Assembly (NCBI GenBank): GCA_964612085.1
Contig: CAZTCJ010000004.1
Location: 19,067-83,066, forward strand
Source of the DNA: an uncultured Alphaproteobacteria bacterium
GTDB taxonomy: Bacteria > Pseudomonadota > Alphaproteobacteria > JAJFIK01
DNA: 64,000 nucleotides
Reading direction: 5' to 3'
Positions within the stretch are counted from its first letter, which is position 1, and each line of letters begins with the position of its first letter. The notes beneath the pieces were generated by a model. It was given only the letters and a program-made list of their open reading frames with translations. It was not told the DNA's origin and made no database searches. Shown in pieces: positions 26,319-38,893 of the stretch. The position numbers were made by a program, and so were the translations under genes.

Positions 26319-27068
26319 ATGACCAAACAACCGTCACCGCAGCTTCCGCAGTTCGACGACCAGCCAGCGCCGCCGCGCAGGCGCGTGTTCGACATCAAGA
26401 CCTATTTCGTCACCGGGCTTCTGGTGGCGGGGCCGATCTTTTTGACCATTTATCTGACCTACACCTTCGTGACCTTCGTGGACCGGCTGGTGGCGGGTCT
26501 GGTGCCGGATCAGTACAGCCCGGAATCCTATCTGCCGTTCACCGTGCCGGGGCTGGGCCTTGTGGCCGTCGTCATCTTTCTCGTGCTCTTGGGCGCGCTC
26601 ACCGCCAATGTGGCGGGACGCTGGCTGATCCGGGTGGGCGAACAGGCGGTCGCGCGGGTGCCGGTGATCCGCAATCTCTACAATGCCTTCAAGCAGATCT
26701 TCGAGACCGTCATTGTCCAGAACACGGAGTCCTTCAAACATGTGGCGCTGATCGAATATCCGCGCAAAGGGCTTTGGGTCATCGCGTTTGTGGCGGGCAA
26801 CACCAAGGGCGAGGTCCGCCATCGTCAGGGGCAGGATCTCTTGACCCTGTTCGTGCCGACGACGCCCAACCCCACATCGGGGTTCATGCTGTTCGCGCCG
26901 CGCGAAGAGGTCACCATTCTCGACATGACGGTGGAAGAGGGCGCCAAGCTCGTCATTTCCGGCGGTCTGGTGGTGCCGGACTATCCGTCCACCGGCAAAC
27001 CGGTTACGGGACTGAACGCCGGCGAGGAGGCCGAGCAAACGCTCGCCAGGCAGAAGAAAGCGGTGTGA
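26319..27068 (+). CDS. DUF502 membrane protein
   Basis: VPVIRNLYNAFKQIFETV, ...YPRKGLWVIAFV..., VPTTPNPTSGFMLFAPREEV..LDMTVEEGAKLVISGG are hallmark DUF502 motifs. Confidence 0.85.
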   Translation: MTKQPSPQLPQFDDQPAPPRRRVFDIKTYFVTGLLVAGPIFLTIYLTYTFVTFVDRLVAGLVPDQYSPESYLPFTVPGLGLVAVVIFLVLLGALTANVAGRWLIRVGEQAVARVPVIRNLYNAFKQIFETVIVQNTESFKHVALIEYPRKGLWVIAFVAGNTKGEVRHRQGQDLLTLFVPTTPNPTSGFMLFAPREEVTILDMTVEEGAKLVISGGLVVPDYPSTGKPVTGLNAGEEAEQTLARQKKAV

Positions 27069-27099
27069 CCGGCACGGGTGCGGTCCTGCCAGACTATCC

Positions 27100-27408
27100 T
27101 CACGGTTCACTGCTGGGGCGGGAGATATCGACGCAAACGGTTTGCCCGTCCGGTTCGAAAACGACCGTCAGTGTGCCGCATAAAAGACAGTAAACGCAGG
27201 TCGCGCCGTCGATGACGTCGTAATCCCGTTCTCCCTTTTCGAATTGAAAGTCGTCTCGCGCAACGCGGACGAAATTGATGGCCTGCCGGCGGCGTTCATC
27301 CCGGCCTTCGAAATAGTGGTTTTCGACGGGTCCATTGGGCATATACGCGACCTTGAACCGAAGCGCGCCGCAGGCGCAGCCGCCGAAATACCCTGTATCC
27401 TCATTCAT
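27100..27408 (-). CDS. small Cys-rich protein, divergent GFA/CENP-V-like
   Basis: GGCACGALRFKV N-terminal CxC motif plus CVYCLLCG. Paralogous to 27675..28067. Lower G+C than its surroundings. Confidence 0.55.
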   Translation of the reverse strand: MNEDTGYFGGCACGALRFKVAYMPNGPVENHYFEGRDERRRQAINFVRVARDDFQFEKGERDYDVIDGATCVYCLLCGTLTVVFEPDGQTVCVDISRPSSEP

Positions 27409-27674
27409 GAAGTGTCCCTGGTTTGCTTCTTACAGGAACAGTGCAACTCGCATCGATTGATATTTAATTATACAAAACATCTATTTAGTGTTGTGCTGAG
27501 CCACCTCTGCCCGCATAGGACGCAACCGGTCTCTCGGTCAGGTTGCAAGCCCTTGGTGCGGGATAAATTATCGTTGATTTTGCGTCATGAGAGCTGTTGT
27601 TCCGTTCGCGCATAATACTTTAGCGCGATCCGCCCGGACCTACGATCAAGGGTCCGTACTGTCGAATATGACTC

Positions 27675-28067
27675 TCAAATTGGCGGCGGGATCGTAAAAA
27701 CACGGTCCAAATGACAGTCCGTACACTGTGCATCGCATTGCGCTTCCATAATGCTCTGGATCGCCTGGTGTCCGTGTTTCAGATCGAACACATTGACGCA
27801 GACGGCGACTTCCTTGTCGGCAATGGCAGCGATAAACATTCTGCATACGACGCAATATACGTAGGTTACACCCTCTCGATATTCGTAGAGCCGCTCGCCT
27901 TTGAGGAACGTGAATTTGCTTTTCTGAAAACGAACGAGCTCGATATCCCGGTTGCTCGTGTAAGGATCGTGACAAGGGTGCCGGATGCAAAAAGCGGCGG
28001 GTTGTCCGGTGACTTCATACTCGGCCGCGCCGCATAAACAAGCGCCCTGATAGGTTGGCGTTTCCAT
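27675..28067 (-). CDS. GFA/CENP-V-like Cys-rich protein
   Basis: GACLCGAAEYEV, FCIRHPCHD and VYCVVC cysteine clusters in GFA-like order. Lower G+C. Confidence 0.6.
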   Translation of the reverse strand: METPTYQGACLCGAAEYEVTGQPAAFCIRHPCHDPYTSNRDIELVRFQKSKFTFLKGERLYEYREGVTYVYCVVCRMFIAAIADKEVAVCVNVFDLKHGHQAIQSIMEAQCDAQCTDCHLDRVFTIPPPI

Positions 28068-28240
28068 AATCCCATCCGATACTTATGACCAAGACAAGAA
28101 GGGATATTAAACGCCTTCTGGTTGATTTTTTGTGTAGTGTGTTCTCCCCATAAGAGGGGCAGGCGCACTCGTTCCTGGTGTGGGACCTAGAGCATATTCC
28201 GACCGGATAGACGCACTCTGACGCAGTCGCGCTCAGCGCA

Positions 28241-30325
28241 TCACCCCGCCCGCATCAGGCGCACGGCCTCGTCCCGCCCGAACAGATAGAGCAGCACCCG
28301 GAGCGCTTGCCCGCGCGGCCCCTTCAACTCCGGATCGGTGCCCAGGATCAGACCCGCATCGTCCCGGGCGATACTAAGCAGATCGCCATGGGCGTCCAGA
28401 TCCGCCAGCCGGAAGCGGGGCAGGCCGCTTTGCCGGGTGCCCAGCACGTCGCCCGCGCCCCTCAGCCTTAAGTCTTCCTCCGCGATGATGAAACCGTCAT
28501 CGGTCTCGCGCATGATCTTGAGCCGCGCCTTGCCGGTCTCGCCGATCTCCGTGCCGTAGAGCAGCAGACAGGACGAGGCTTTCGACCCGCGCCCGACCCG
28601 GCCGCGCAACTGGTGCAACTGGGCGAGACCAAAGCGCTCCGCGTGCTCGATCACCATGATGGTGGCGTTGGGCACATCGACGCCCACCTCGATCACCGTG
28701 GTGGCCACCAGCACTTTCACGTCGCCCGCCTTGAAGGCGGCCATGACCGCGTCCTTCTCGCCCGCTTTCATCCGCCCATGGACGAGCCCGACCGGTAACC
28801 CGGCCAAGACTTCCTGGAGCGCTTTATGCCGGTCCTCCGCCGCCGTCACATCGAGCACCTCGGATTCCTCCACCAGCGGACAAACCCAATAGGCCTGGGC
28901 GCCGTCTTCGAGCGAGCTGCGCAAATGGGCGACGACTTCGCTTAAGCGGGCCAGCGGCACGGCGCGGGTGGCGATGGGCGTGCGCCCCGGCGGCTTCTCA
29001 TCGAGCCGCGAGACCGCCATATCGCCATAGACCGTCAGGGTCAGGGTGCGGGGGATCGGTGTCGCGGTCATGACCAGCACATCCACCGCCCGGCCTTTCT
29101 TGCTCAAGGACATGCGTTGGTGCACACCGAACCGGTGTTGTTCGTCCACCACGGCGAGCATCAGATCCTGAAACGCCACATCGTCCTGAAACAGAGCGTG
29201 CGTGCCGACGACCAGATGGATGGAACCGGCCGCCAGACCGTCGAGCACGGCCTTGCGCTCCGACGCCTTGTCCTTGCCCGTGAGCAGCGCCACGGTGAGG
29301 CCCGCCGCGCGCGCCAGATCGGCGATGCCGGTATAATGCTGGCGGGCCAGAATCTCCGTGGGCGCCATGATCGCCGCCTGACCGCCCGCCTCGACCGCCG
29401 TCACCATGGCGAGCAGGGCCACCACGGTTTTTCCTGCGCCCACATCCCCCTGAAGCAGGCGCATCATGCGCGCAGGCGCGGCCATGTCGGCGCGGATCTC
29501 CTCCAATGAGCGGACCTGGGCGCCTGTGAGCGTATAAGGCAGGGCGGCCCGGATCTTGGCATCGAGCGCGCCCGTCCCGGTCACGGAGCGCCCGGCCTGG
29601 GCTTTCATCCGCTCCCGCATCAAGGCGAGCGCCAGTTGATTGGCCAGCAATTCGTCATAGGCGAGCCGCAGGCGGGCGGGCGCGCTGGGGTCGAGATCCG
29701 CTTGCGCTTCCGGCGCATGGGCCGCCGTCAGTGCCGCATGCCAGCCGGGCCAGCCCCGCTGTTTCTGAAAGGCCGGATCGAGCCATTCGGGCAGCGCGCG
29801 CGCGCGCTTCAGGGCTCCGCGCACCGCTTTGGTCATGACCTTGGGCGTCAGGCCGGCGGTCAAAGGATAGACCGGCTCGATCAGCGGCAGGGTCTCGAAC
29901 TCCTCCGCCGTCAGAATGAAATCCGGATGGGTCATCTGGGGGGCGCCGGAAAACTCCTCGATCCGCCCGCTGATAAAGCGCTGTTCGCCCACAGGCAGGA
30001 CTTTCTCCAGATAATCGCCTTTGACATGAAAGAAAACGAGGGAGAGGAAGCCCGTGTCGTCGCACACCCGCACCTTGTAAGGCTGGCGGGAGCGGGCGGG
30101 CTTGTCGTGGCCGTCCACGGTGACCGCGAGCGTCGCCAGATCGCCCGGCTTGGCGCCTGCGATGGGCGGGCGGTTGCGCCGGTCCACCAGGCCTGAGGGC
30201 AGATGCCAGAGCAGATCCACCACTTGCGGCCCCGCCGCCTTGGCCACGAGCTTGGCCAGCCTCGGCCCGATGCCGGAGAGGTCCGTCACGTCTGTGAACA
30301 AGGGAAAAAGGATTTCCGGCCGCAT
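28241..30325 (-). CDS. recG: ATP-dependent DNA helicase RecG
   Basis: Wedge/OB N-terminus, helicase motifs GDVGAGKT, DEQHRFGV, TATPIPRT, QLHQLRGRVGRG. ATG at 30325 preferred over GTG at 30334. Confidence 0.95.
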   Translation of the reverse strand: MRPEILFPLFTDVTDLSGIGPRLAKLVAKAAGPQVVDLLWHLPSGLVDRRNRPPIAGAKPGDLATLAVTVDGHDKPARSRQPYKVRVCDDTGFLSLVFFHVKGDYLEKVLPVGEQRFISGRIEEFSGAPQMTHPDFILTAEEFETLPLIEPVYPLTAGLTPKVMTKAVRGALKRARALPEWLDPAFQKQRGWPGWHAALTAAHAPEAQADLDPSAPARLRLAYDELLANQLALALMRERMKAQAGRSVTGTGALDAKIRAALPYTLTGAQVRSLEEIRADMAAPARMMRLLQGDVGAGKTVVALLAMVTAVEAGGQAAIMAPTEILARQHYTGIADLARAAGLTVALLTGKDKASERKAVLDGLAAGSIHLVVGTHALFQDDVAFQDLMLAVVDEQHRFGVHQRMSLSKKGRAVDVLVMTATPIPRTLTLTVYGDMAVSRLDEKPPGRTPIATRAVPLARLSEVVAHLRSSLEDGAQAYWVCPLVEESEVLDVTAAEDRHKALQEVLAGLPVGLVHGRMKAGEKDAVMAAFKAGDVKVLVATTVIEVGVDVPNATIMVIEHAERFGLAQLHQLRGRVGRGSKASSCLLLYGTEIGETGKARLKIMRETDDGFIIAEEDLRLRGAGDVLGTRQSGLPRFRLADLDAHGDLLSIARDDAGLILGTDPELKGPRGQALRVLLYLFGRDEAVRLMRAG

Positions 30326-30395
30326 TCCACCCACGCTCGTCCGGCTGCTGGATGTTGACGCTAGCCGGAGAGTCGGGGGTCGGGCAAATGCCCCC

Positions 30396-31298
30396 TCAAA
30401 TCATGCCGTGCAAGTCGTCCAGAATGGCGGGCAGGTGATTGCGCACGATGGAGACGTGGCCTTCTTCCGGCACGAATTGCGCCTGGGCGCCGCGCACATG
30501 GGCGGCGTAATGGCGCCCGATGGAGCTGGGCACGATGGTGTCCGCCTCGCCGTGCCAGATGCGCACCGGCAGATCCAGATCGGCCAAGGTGAAGGGCCAG
30601 GGGCTCGTGTAGATCCGCGCGTCCGAGACCATGCCGTCCACCGAATGGCGCAAGGCTTCCCGCCAGGAATAGGTCAGGAATGACGCGAATTCCGCGTCGA
30701 AGGCCTCCATTTCCTTGCCTTCGTGGCGCAAACGCTTGCGGATCGCGGTGATGCGGTCCTCATTGCGCGGATTCAGGATGAATTTGCGCCAGAAATGGAA
30801 CAGGATGGAGCGCGCTACCCGCCGTTTGGCCACTTCCCGCAACAGAATCACCGGCCGCTGCTGCATGCCTTCGGCTTCCGGCGGGCCCAGGGCCGCGATG
30901 AAGATGCAGGCCAGCACCCGGTCTTTCAGCGCATGGGCGCAGGCCGCCGCGTAAGGCCCGCCGCCCGACAGGCCCACCAGGGCGAATTTCTCAAGACCCA
31001 GCACGTCGGCCAGCGCCGCCACATCCTTGGGCCAGTCGGCGAGGGTGCGGGTCAGGTCCGGGTCGGAGACCCCATAGCCGGGCCGGTCCGGGGCGATGAG
31101 CCGCAGCTTGCCCAGATTGAAAAAGCCCGGTTCCAGCCGGCAGCCCGGCCAGCCGTGAAAATAAAAGGCCGGCACCCCGTCCGGCGGCCCGTAAATCCGG
31201 TAGCCCAGGCGCCGTCCGTCGGCCAGCGTAATCATGTGATCGGAATGCCCGGCCCCGCTGTCAACGTACCGGTGCGGTGTGTCTTGCAGGGCGCTCAT
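30396..31298 (-). CDS. alpha/beta hydrolase
   Basis: FHGWPGCRLE oxyanion region, GLSGGG nucleophile elbow, C-terminal H (EEGHVS). Confidence 0.8.
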   Translation of the reverse strand: MSALQDTPHRYVDSGAGHSDHMITLADGRRLGYRIYGPPDGVPAFYFHGWPGCRLEPGFFNLGKLRLIAPDRPGYGVSDPDLTRTLADWPKDVAALADVLGLEKFALVGLSGGGPYAAACAHALKDRVLACIFIAALGPPEAEGMQQRPVILLREVAKRRVARSILFHFWRKFILNPRNEDRITAIRKRLRHEGKEMEAFDAEFASFLTYSWREALRHSVDGMVSDARIYTSPWPFTLADLDLPVRIWHGEADTIVPSSIGRHYAAHVRGAQAQFVPEEGHVSIVRNHLPAILDDLHGMI

Positions 31299-31455
31299 GG
31301 GCCGTCCTTGGATCGAAACTGCTTTTCAGAAACCGCATTGCGGCATGACAGGCGCCGCTCAGCGCTCTATATCCGGAGTCCGGTCATGGTACCAGCACTG
31401 TCATGCTGCATGTGCGGCATTGCCGATACACCTTCGAAAAAGAACAGGATTTCCC

Positions 31456-31758
31456 ATGCCTGAAGAGAGCACTGAAACGCGCTTGAAGCGCTTGCGATTC
31501 CGCTCCTGGCACCGGGGCTTCAAGGAAGCCGATCTGATGCTGGGCCATTTCGCCGACGAGAGCCTGGCGCGCTTGACGCCCGAACAGATCGACCGCTATG
31601 AGGCGCTGATCGCCGTGGAGGACCATGACCTTTACAACTGGATCGTGGGCCGCGCGCCGACGCCGCCCGAGTACGATCACGACGTGATGGCCATGATCAA
31701 GAGCTTCCGCCATTTGTCCCAGACCATGTGGAAGAACGCCGGTGCTCCGGGCCTCTGA
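31456..31758 (+). CDS. sdhE: FAD assembly factor SdhE (Sdh5/DUF339)
   Basis: LKRLRFRSWHRGFKEADLMLGHFAD...DHDLYNWI, the RGxxE-type SdhE motif. Conserved position between recG and mfd. Confidence 0.85.
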   Translation: MPEESTETRLKRLRFRSWHRGFKEADLMLGHFADESLARLTPEQIDRYEALIAVEDHDLYNWIVGRAPTPPEYDHDVMAMIKSFRHLSQTMWKNAGAPGL

Positions 31759-31797
31759 CGCCACGCCTGCCGCACGCTCAAACCGAATATCCGCGCC

Positions 31798-35336
<3,539 letters not shown>

Positions 35337-35337
<1 letters not shown>

Positions 35338-35455
35338 CCGTCCGTACGGCCTTGGATCCTGGCCTGCGCAGGGCGGCGTTTGTTCTGTATGGTAGCCACT
35401 TATACAAAACGTCATCCCGAGCTGAAGGCTGGGATCCAGGGCAGTACGGATGACC
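35337..35455. repeat. structured intergenic repeat, copy 1 (32-nt core at 35411-35442 inside a longer imperfect inverted repeat)
   Basis: The core GTCATCCCGAGCTGAAGGCTGGGATCCAGGGC is identical to 36600-36631. The flanking arms 35337-35364 and 35427-35455 are about 21/29 complementary. Lies between the convergent mfd and MerC-like genes. Confidence 0.85.
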
Positions 35456-35506
35456 TTATTGATTGCCTGCCTGTGGGACACGTTTGTCGTCAACGCGCCT
35501 TACTGG

Positions 35507-35869
35507 CTATGCTAGGCGTACGGAGCGTTGGTTGAAAACATGACCGGTGGCGAGCAGGACCGCGCCTGCCACGGTAAGGGCGACTTCCATCGTCTCGTTT
35601 GGCGCCAACAAAACACCAGCAATCAGAAACAGAAGGCCCGTCAAGCCGATCAGTCCGGGATGCCAGCATTTGTGACAGCGCAAGCCACGGATAAAGGCAT
35701 AAAGGCTGACGGGAATGGCGCAGGCGATCAGCACCCAATGGATCCATTCGTTTTCAAAGAATTGAAACGACAGGGCCGGCAGCAACAGGATGAGCGCAGG
35801 CACAAGCAGGCAATGGGCAAGGCACAGGCCGGACAAAGCGATCCCGATTTTATCAAACGCATTGCCCAT
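35507..35869 (-). CDS. MerC-domain-like small membrane protein
   Basis: 120 aa, 4 hydrophobic spans. N-terminal GLCLAHCLLVP Cys pair motif, as in MerC-family proteins. Confidence 0.65.
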   Translation of the reverse strand: MGNAFDKIGIALSGLCLAHCLLVPALILLLPALSFQFFENEWIHWVLIACAIPVSLYAFIRGLRCHKCWHPGLIGLTGLLFLIAGVLLAPNETMEVALTVAGAVLLATGHVFNQRSVRLA

Positions 35870-35973
35870 AGATGGCCCCCATCGCCTCAGGAAAAACCAA
35901 TGTTATAATATATGCATGGTGTGCTGCAATATGACATGCGCCTGCCTGACATGGGCTGGCGCGAAAGGCAAGC

Positions 35974-36570
35974 TCACTGCACTTTGCCTAAATCATCCTT
36001 GTCCCGATGTTCGCTTGAAAAGCACAACGCGTAGCCGATGGCCATGACCGCATAGCCCGCGACAAAAAACCAGGAATTAAATCCTGCCAGGATGGTGAAG
36101 AACGCGACAGCGCTGCCGACCACAAGCGCCACGCCGATCTTCGAATGAGACAGATAAGCGAGACTGGGCAAGACCAGCCCCGTGACGAAGACGTAGGTCG
36201 GGCCGACCGTGATGAAGGGCAGCCAGATGGATGGCTCGGCTGTCAGTTGTCGGATCAAATCCTGCCCGCCGGGCGCTCCGGAAAAACTCCACATGACGAG
36301 ATCGATCGTGCACATGCCGAAGACGCAGGCCGTTCCGACGATCAGCACCGGTCCGGCGAGACGGTTTATGCCTTGGCGCGGCAGCCTTGCCGCATAAGGA
36401 ACAATCAAGAGAGCGCCGATGAAAAGCAGCCAGTGCCCGTAATCTATCGGAGCTTCGTAATAGAGACTTCTGCTTAGGGATGGAAAACTGAGCAGATTCA
36501 AGATCACCTGCCCGAGGGCTAAACCGATCAGACCGGTAACGAATAAAGCCTTGTCCAAAGTGTTTGGCAT
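35974..36570 (-). CDS. hypothetical polytopic membrane protein (about 6 TM)
   Basis: Hydrophobic-span periodicity only; no recognisable motif. Start ATG 36570 or GTG 36576. Confidence 0.55.
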   Translation of the reverse strand: MPNTLDKALFVTGLIGLALGQVILNLLSFPSLSRSLYYEAPIDYGHWLLFIGALLIVPYAARLPRQGINRLAGPVLIVGTACVFGMCTIDLVMWSFSGAPGGQDLIRQLTAEPSIWLPFITVGPTYVFVTGLVLPSLAYLSHSKIGVALVVGSAVAFFTILAGFNSWFFVAGYAVMAIGYALCFSSEHRDKDDLGKVQ

Positions 36571-36599
36571 CCCCACGCCCCCAAAATATCTGCCCCAAT

Positions 36600-36631
36600 G
36601 TCATCCCGAGCTGAAGGCTGGGATCCAGGGC
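36600..36631. repeat. structured intergenic repeat, copy 2 (32-nt core)
   Basis: Exact 32/32 identity with 35411-35442, same orientation. Confidence 0.9.
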
Positions 36632-36722
36632 GGCCGTGCATTTCACTGACGTTCAATGCACCCTACCGTCCGTATAGACCGTTCATTGTAGAGTGCAGTA
36701 AACGCATGCGGAATGCACGGCC
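36632..36722. repeat. 11-bp perfect inverted repeat (long hairpin) directly downstream of the 126-aa membrane-protein gene
   Basis: GGCCGTGCATT (36632-36642) pairs with AATGCACGGCC (36712-36722). Abuts repeat copy 2. Possible terminator. Confidence 0.5.
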
Positions 36723-36726
36723 TACA

Positions 36727-37107
36727 TCACGTCAGATCCCCGTCGCCCATGAGGAACCGCGCCAGGTCGATATAGTCGATGACAAGCGAAATGCCGTCGA
36801 TCGCCAGCACCGTATAGAGATAGCGCCCGGCCCAGGTCCGATGATCATTAGGCTGACGGTTGCGCCACAGATAGATCAGCAGCGGCGTCCAGAACAGGAT
36901 ATGGGTCAGCCCCAGAATGCGGCTGTAGCCGTAAATATCGAACAGTTCCGGCATCAGCACCATGACCGCGAGCGTCGCAGTCAGCACCCAATGGGCGCGC
37001 CGGTCGAAAAAGCCGAAGATGAAGGACGCGCCGTTGACGATGACGAGGGTGAACATCCAGGCCTGAAGCCAGAGCGGTTCCTGGAGCACGTGATCGATCA
37101 GAGTCAT
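36727..37107 (-). CDS. hypothetical small membrane protein (about 4 TM)
   Basis: 126 aa. GGAGGG RBS in the 22-nt gap after the NDT-like gene, so it is probably co-transcribed. No recognisable family. Confidence 0.6.
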   Translation of the reverse strand: MTLIDHVLQEPLWLQAWMFTLVIVNGASFIFGFFDRRAHWVLTATLAVMVLMPELFDIYGYSRILGLTHILFWTPLLIYLWRNRQPNDHRTWAGRYLYTVLAIDGISLVIDYIDLARFLMGDGDLT

Positions 37108-37129
37108 GGCACCCTCCGCCTGCGGTCCG

Positions 37130-37582
37130 TCAGCGGTTGAGCAGGCCTTTCACCGCCACCGCGATGGTATCCTTGAAGCCGTCTTCCTCCCGGAAGGGCA
37201 GGCGCACGGTCCGGGTCGCCGCGTCGAGCCCTTCCATCAGATAAGGTACTTTGCTGCCCGGCTGTTCGATCCACACCACGGGCTTCGGAAAGGACAAAGC
37301 GTAGCCGATTTCCATCTGCACGCCGGGCGAGACCGGGTCGCCGATAAAGGCGACGATGGCGTCTGCCGCCTTGATGGCGTCGAGATCGGCGATCAGCGCG
37401 CGGGGCGGCGGGTAGGGCGACTCGCCCCATTTCTCCCGCTCATGGGCGCACACGACCTCGTGGCCGTCCGCCTTCAGCCGGTCGAGAAAGGGCGTGAGCC
37501 AGGTGCGGAACTGGGGATCCATGACTTGCGTCTTGGGATCGCTGATCTGGGTGATCGGAGCACAAACGAACAGGTTTGCCAT
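37130..37582 (-). CDS. nucleoside 2-deoxyribosyltransferase-like (NDT/Rcl-fold) protein
   Basis: N-terminal LFVCAPI (cf. YFAGPL), then ADLDAIKAADAIVAFIGDPVSPGVQMEIGYALSFPKPVVWI. This matches the family pattern with the conserved Glu in xxEIGYA. Confidence 0.65.
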   Translation of the reverse strand: MANLFVCAPITQISDPKTQVMDPQFRTWLTPFLDRLKADGHEVVCAHEREKWGESPYPPPRALIADLDAIKAADAIVAFIGDPVSPGVQMEIGYALSFPKPVVWIEQPGSKVPYLMEGLDAATRTVRLPFREEDGFKDTIAVAVKGLLNR

Positions 37583-37705
37583 GGTTTACTCTCATCTGAC
37601 GGGCGGGTGTTTTCCTGCTGACCCGATAAGACAGCCTTGGATTCCTTAACAATGGCCTTTAGAGCCCGAGGCTTTAGGCACACAATGGAGGAAACCTGGA
37701 TCGCC

Positions 37706-37744
37706 CCAAAACAAGTCAGGCCCGCATACCAGAATACGGGCCTG
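37706..37744 (-). terminator. intrinsic terminator of the esterase gene
   Basis: Minus strand: CAGGCCCG-(12 nt)-CGGGCCTG followed by aCTTGTTTTGGGG. Confidence 0.6.
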
Positions 37745-37766
37745 AGACCTTGACTATACTGCAGTC

Positions 37767-38723
37767 TTAGCGGCTGTGACGAGAGAAGAACGTCCAGATT
37801 TCAGCAGCGCCGTTGATGTCCTGGGAGGTCTTGCCGAGCCGCTGGGCCATGGGCCGCAGCCGGCCGCGCCGCCGGGTCGTGCCCGGCACCGTATGGCCGC
37901 CCCCTTCGATCCGGTAAAGCAGCACTTCCGCATCGCCCGCGCATTCCGACCAGCGGCTCTTGATCACCCGGGTGCCGTCTTCTGTGTCCGTGTCCGCCAA
38001 TTGCTCCACTTCAGGCCGGTCGCGGCACTCATTGGCCGTGGTCCAGAAGCGCACCGTGTCGGTAGTGGACAGCACGCTGCCTCGGTCGTCCTTCAGGAAC
38101 GGCACGATCTGTCCGCCCTCATACGGCACGAATTCATCCTCGGTGCCGTTCATGATCAGCATGGGGACCGGCCGCGACGGCTTGCATTTGCCGGCATAAT
38201 CCACGGGCAGATTGGCGATGATGGGGGCCGCCGCCGCGATCAGGTCGGCGGCATCGCAGGCCATGCGGAACGACATCATGCCGCCGTTCGAGGCGCCGGT
38301 GATATAGACCCGGTCCGGATCGGCATCGTATTCGGCGATCAGTTTGCCGATGAGCGCCCGCAGGAACGCGACGTCATCCGTGCCGCCCTTGCGCTGGCGG
38401 GTGAAATCCGTGTCGCGGCCGTCGGCCCAACTGCGGTTGGTGCCTTCGGGATAGGCGGCCAGGAAGCCGTGGGTGTCGGCGAGGGTCTCGAAGCCGACGC
38501 GGCGCATGCGTTCCGGCCGTCCGCCGCCGCCATGGAGGATGAGCACCAGCGGCGCGCCGGAGGCGGCGCTCTCCGGCTTATAAAGCAGCGAGCGGTGTAC
38601 CTTGCCATCGACCGTCACGGTGACGGTCTCGCTATCGGCTGAAGCACTTGAGGCCGCGAAGAGGAGCGCGGCCGTAGCTGCCCCGGCCAGAAGCCGGAAA
38701 ACACGAGTCATCGATAAATGCAT
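37767..38723 (-). CDS. secreted esterase, PHB-depolymerase/LpqC family
   Basis: Signal peptide, LVLILHGGGG..., DDVAFLRALI..., nucleophile elbow GASNGGMM. Confidence 0.85.
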   Translation of the reverse strand: MHLSMTRVFRLLAGAATAALLFAASSASADSETVTVTVDGKVHRSLLYKPESAASGAPLVLILHGGGGRPERMRRVGFETLADTHGFLAAYPEGTNRSWADGRDTDFTRQRKGGTDDVAFLRALIGKLIAEYDADPDRVYITGASNGGMMSFRMACDAADLIAAAAPIIANLPVDYAGKCKPSRPVPMLIMNGTEDEFVPYEGGQIVPFLKDDRGSVLSTTDTVRFWTTANECRDRPEVEQLADTDTEDGTRVIKSRWSECAGDAEVLLYRIEGGGHTVPGTTRRRGRLRPMAQRLGKTSQDINGAAEIWTFFSRHSR

Positions 38724-38893
38724 GGGTTCGGATCCTTTTTCATTTGAGAAGCAAAAAGCAGAACTTAGGATGAGCCCACTATGGGCCGGATCTCACGCCT
38801 TCGCAATTCAACGCTGCCGGTCGCGGAGGACCGGCGAATGCGCTATGGTTTTCTAAACTGACACGATTTCGAGCACGGATTACGGGACTGGGC

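Noticed and set aside
27409-27674. A very AT-rich 266-bp spacer between the two GFA-like genes, considered as a possible ncRNA, attachment site or origin-like element.
   Set aside because: I found no conserved RNA motif, tRNA fragment, direct-repeat pair or DnaA/IHF-like array. It is most simply the promoter/terminator region of acquired low-GC DNA.
35401-35411. The 11-mer TTATACAAAAC is shared with 27469-27479, next to two different low-GC islets. I considered it a possible integration-site motif.
   Set aside because: A single 11-nt match is expected many times by chance among all position pairs in 64 kb, and there is no extended similarity around it.
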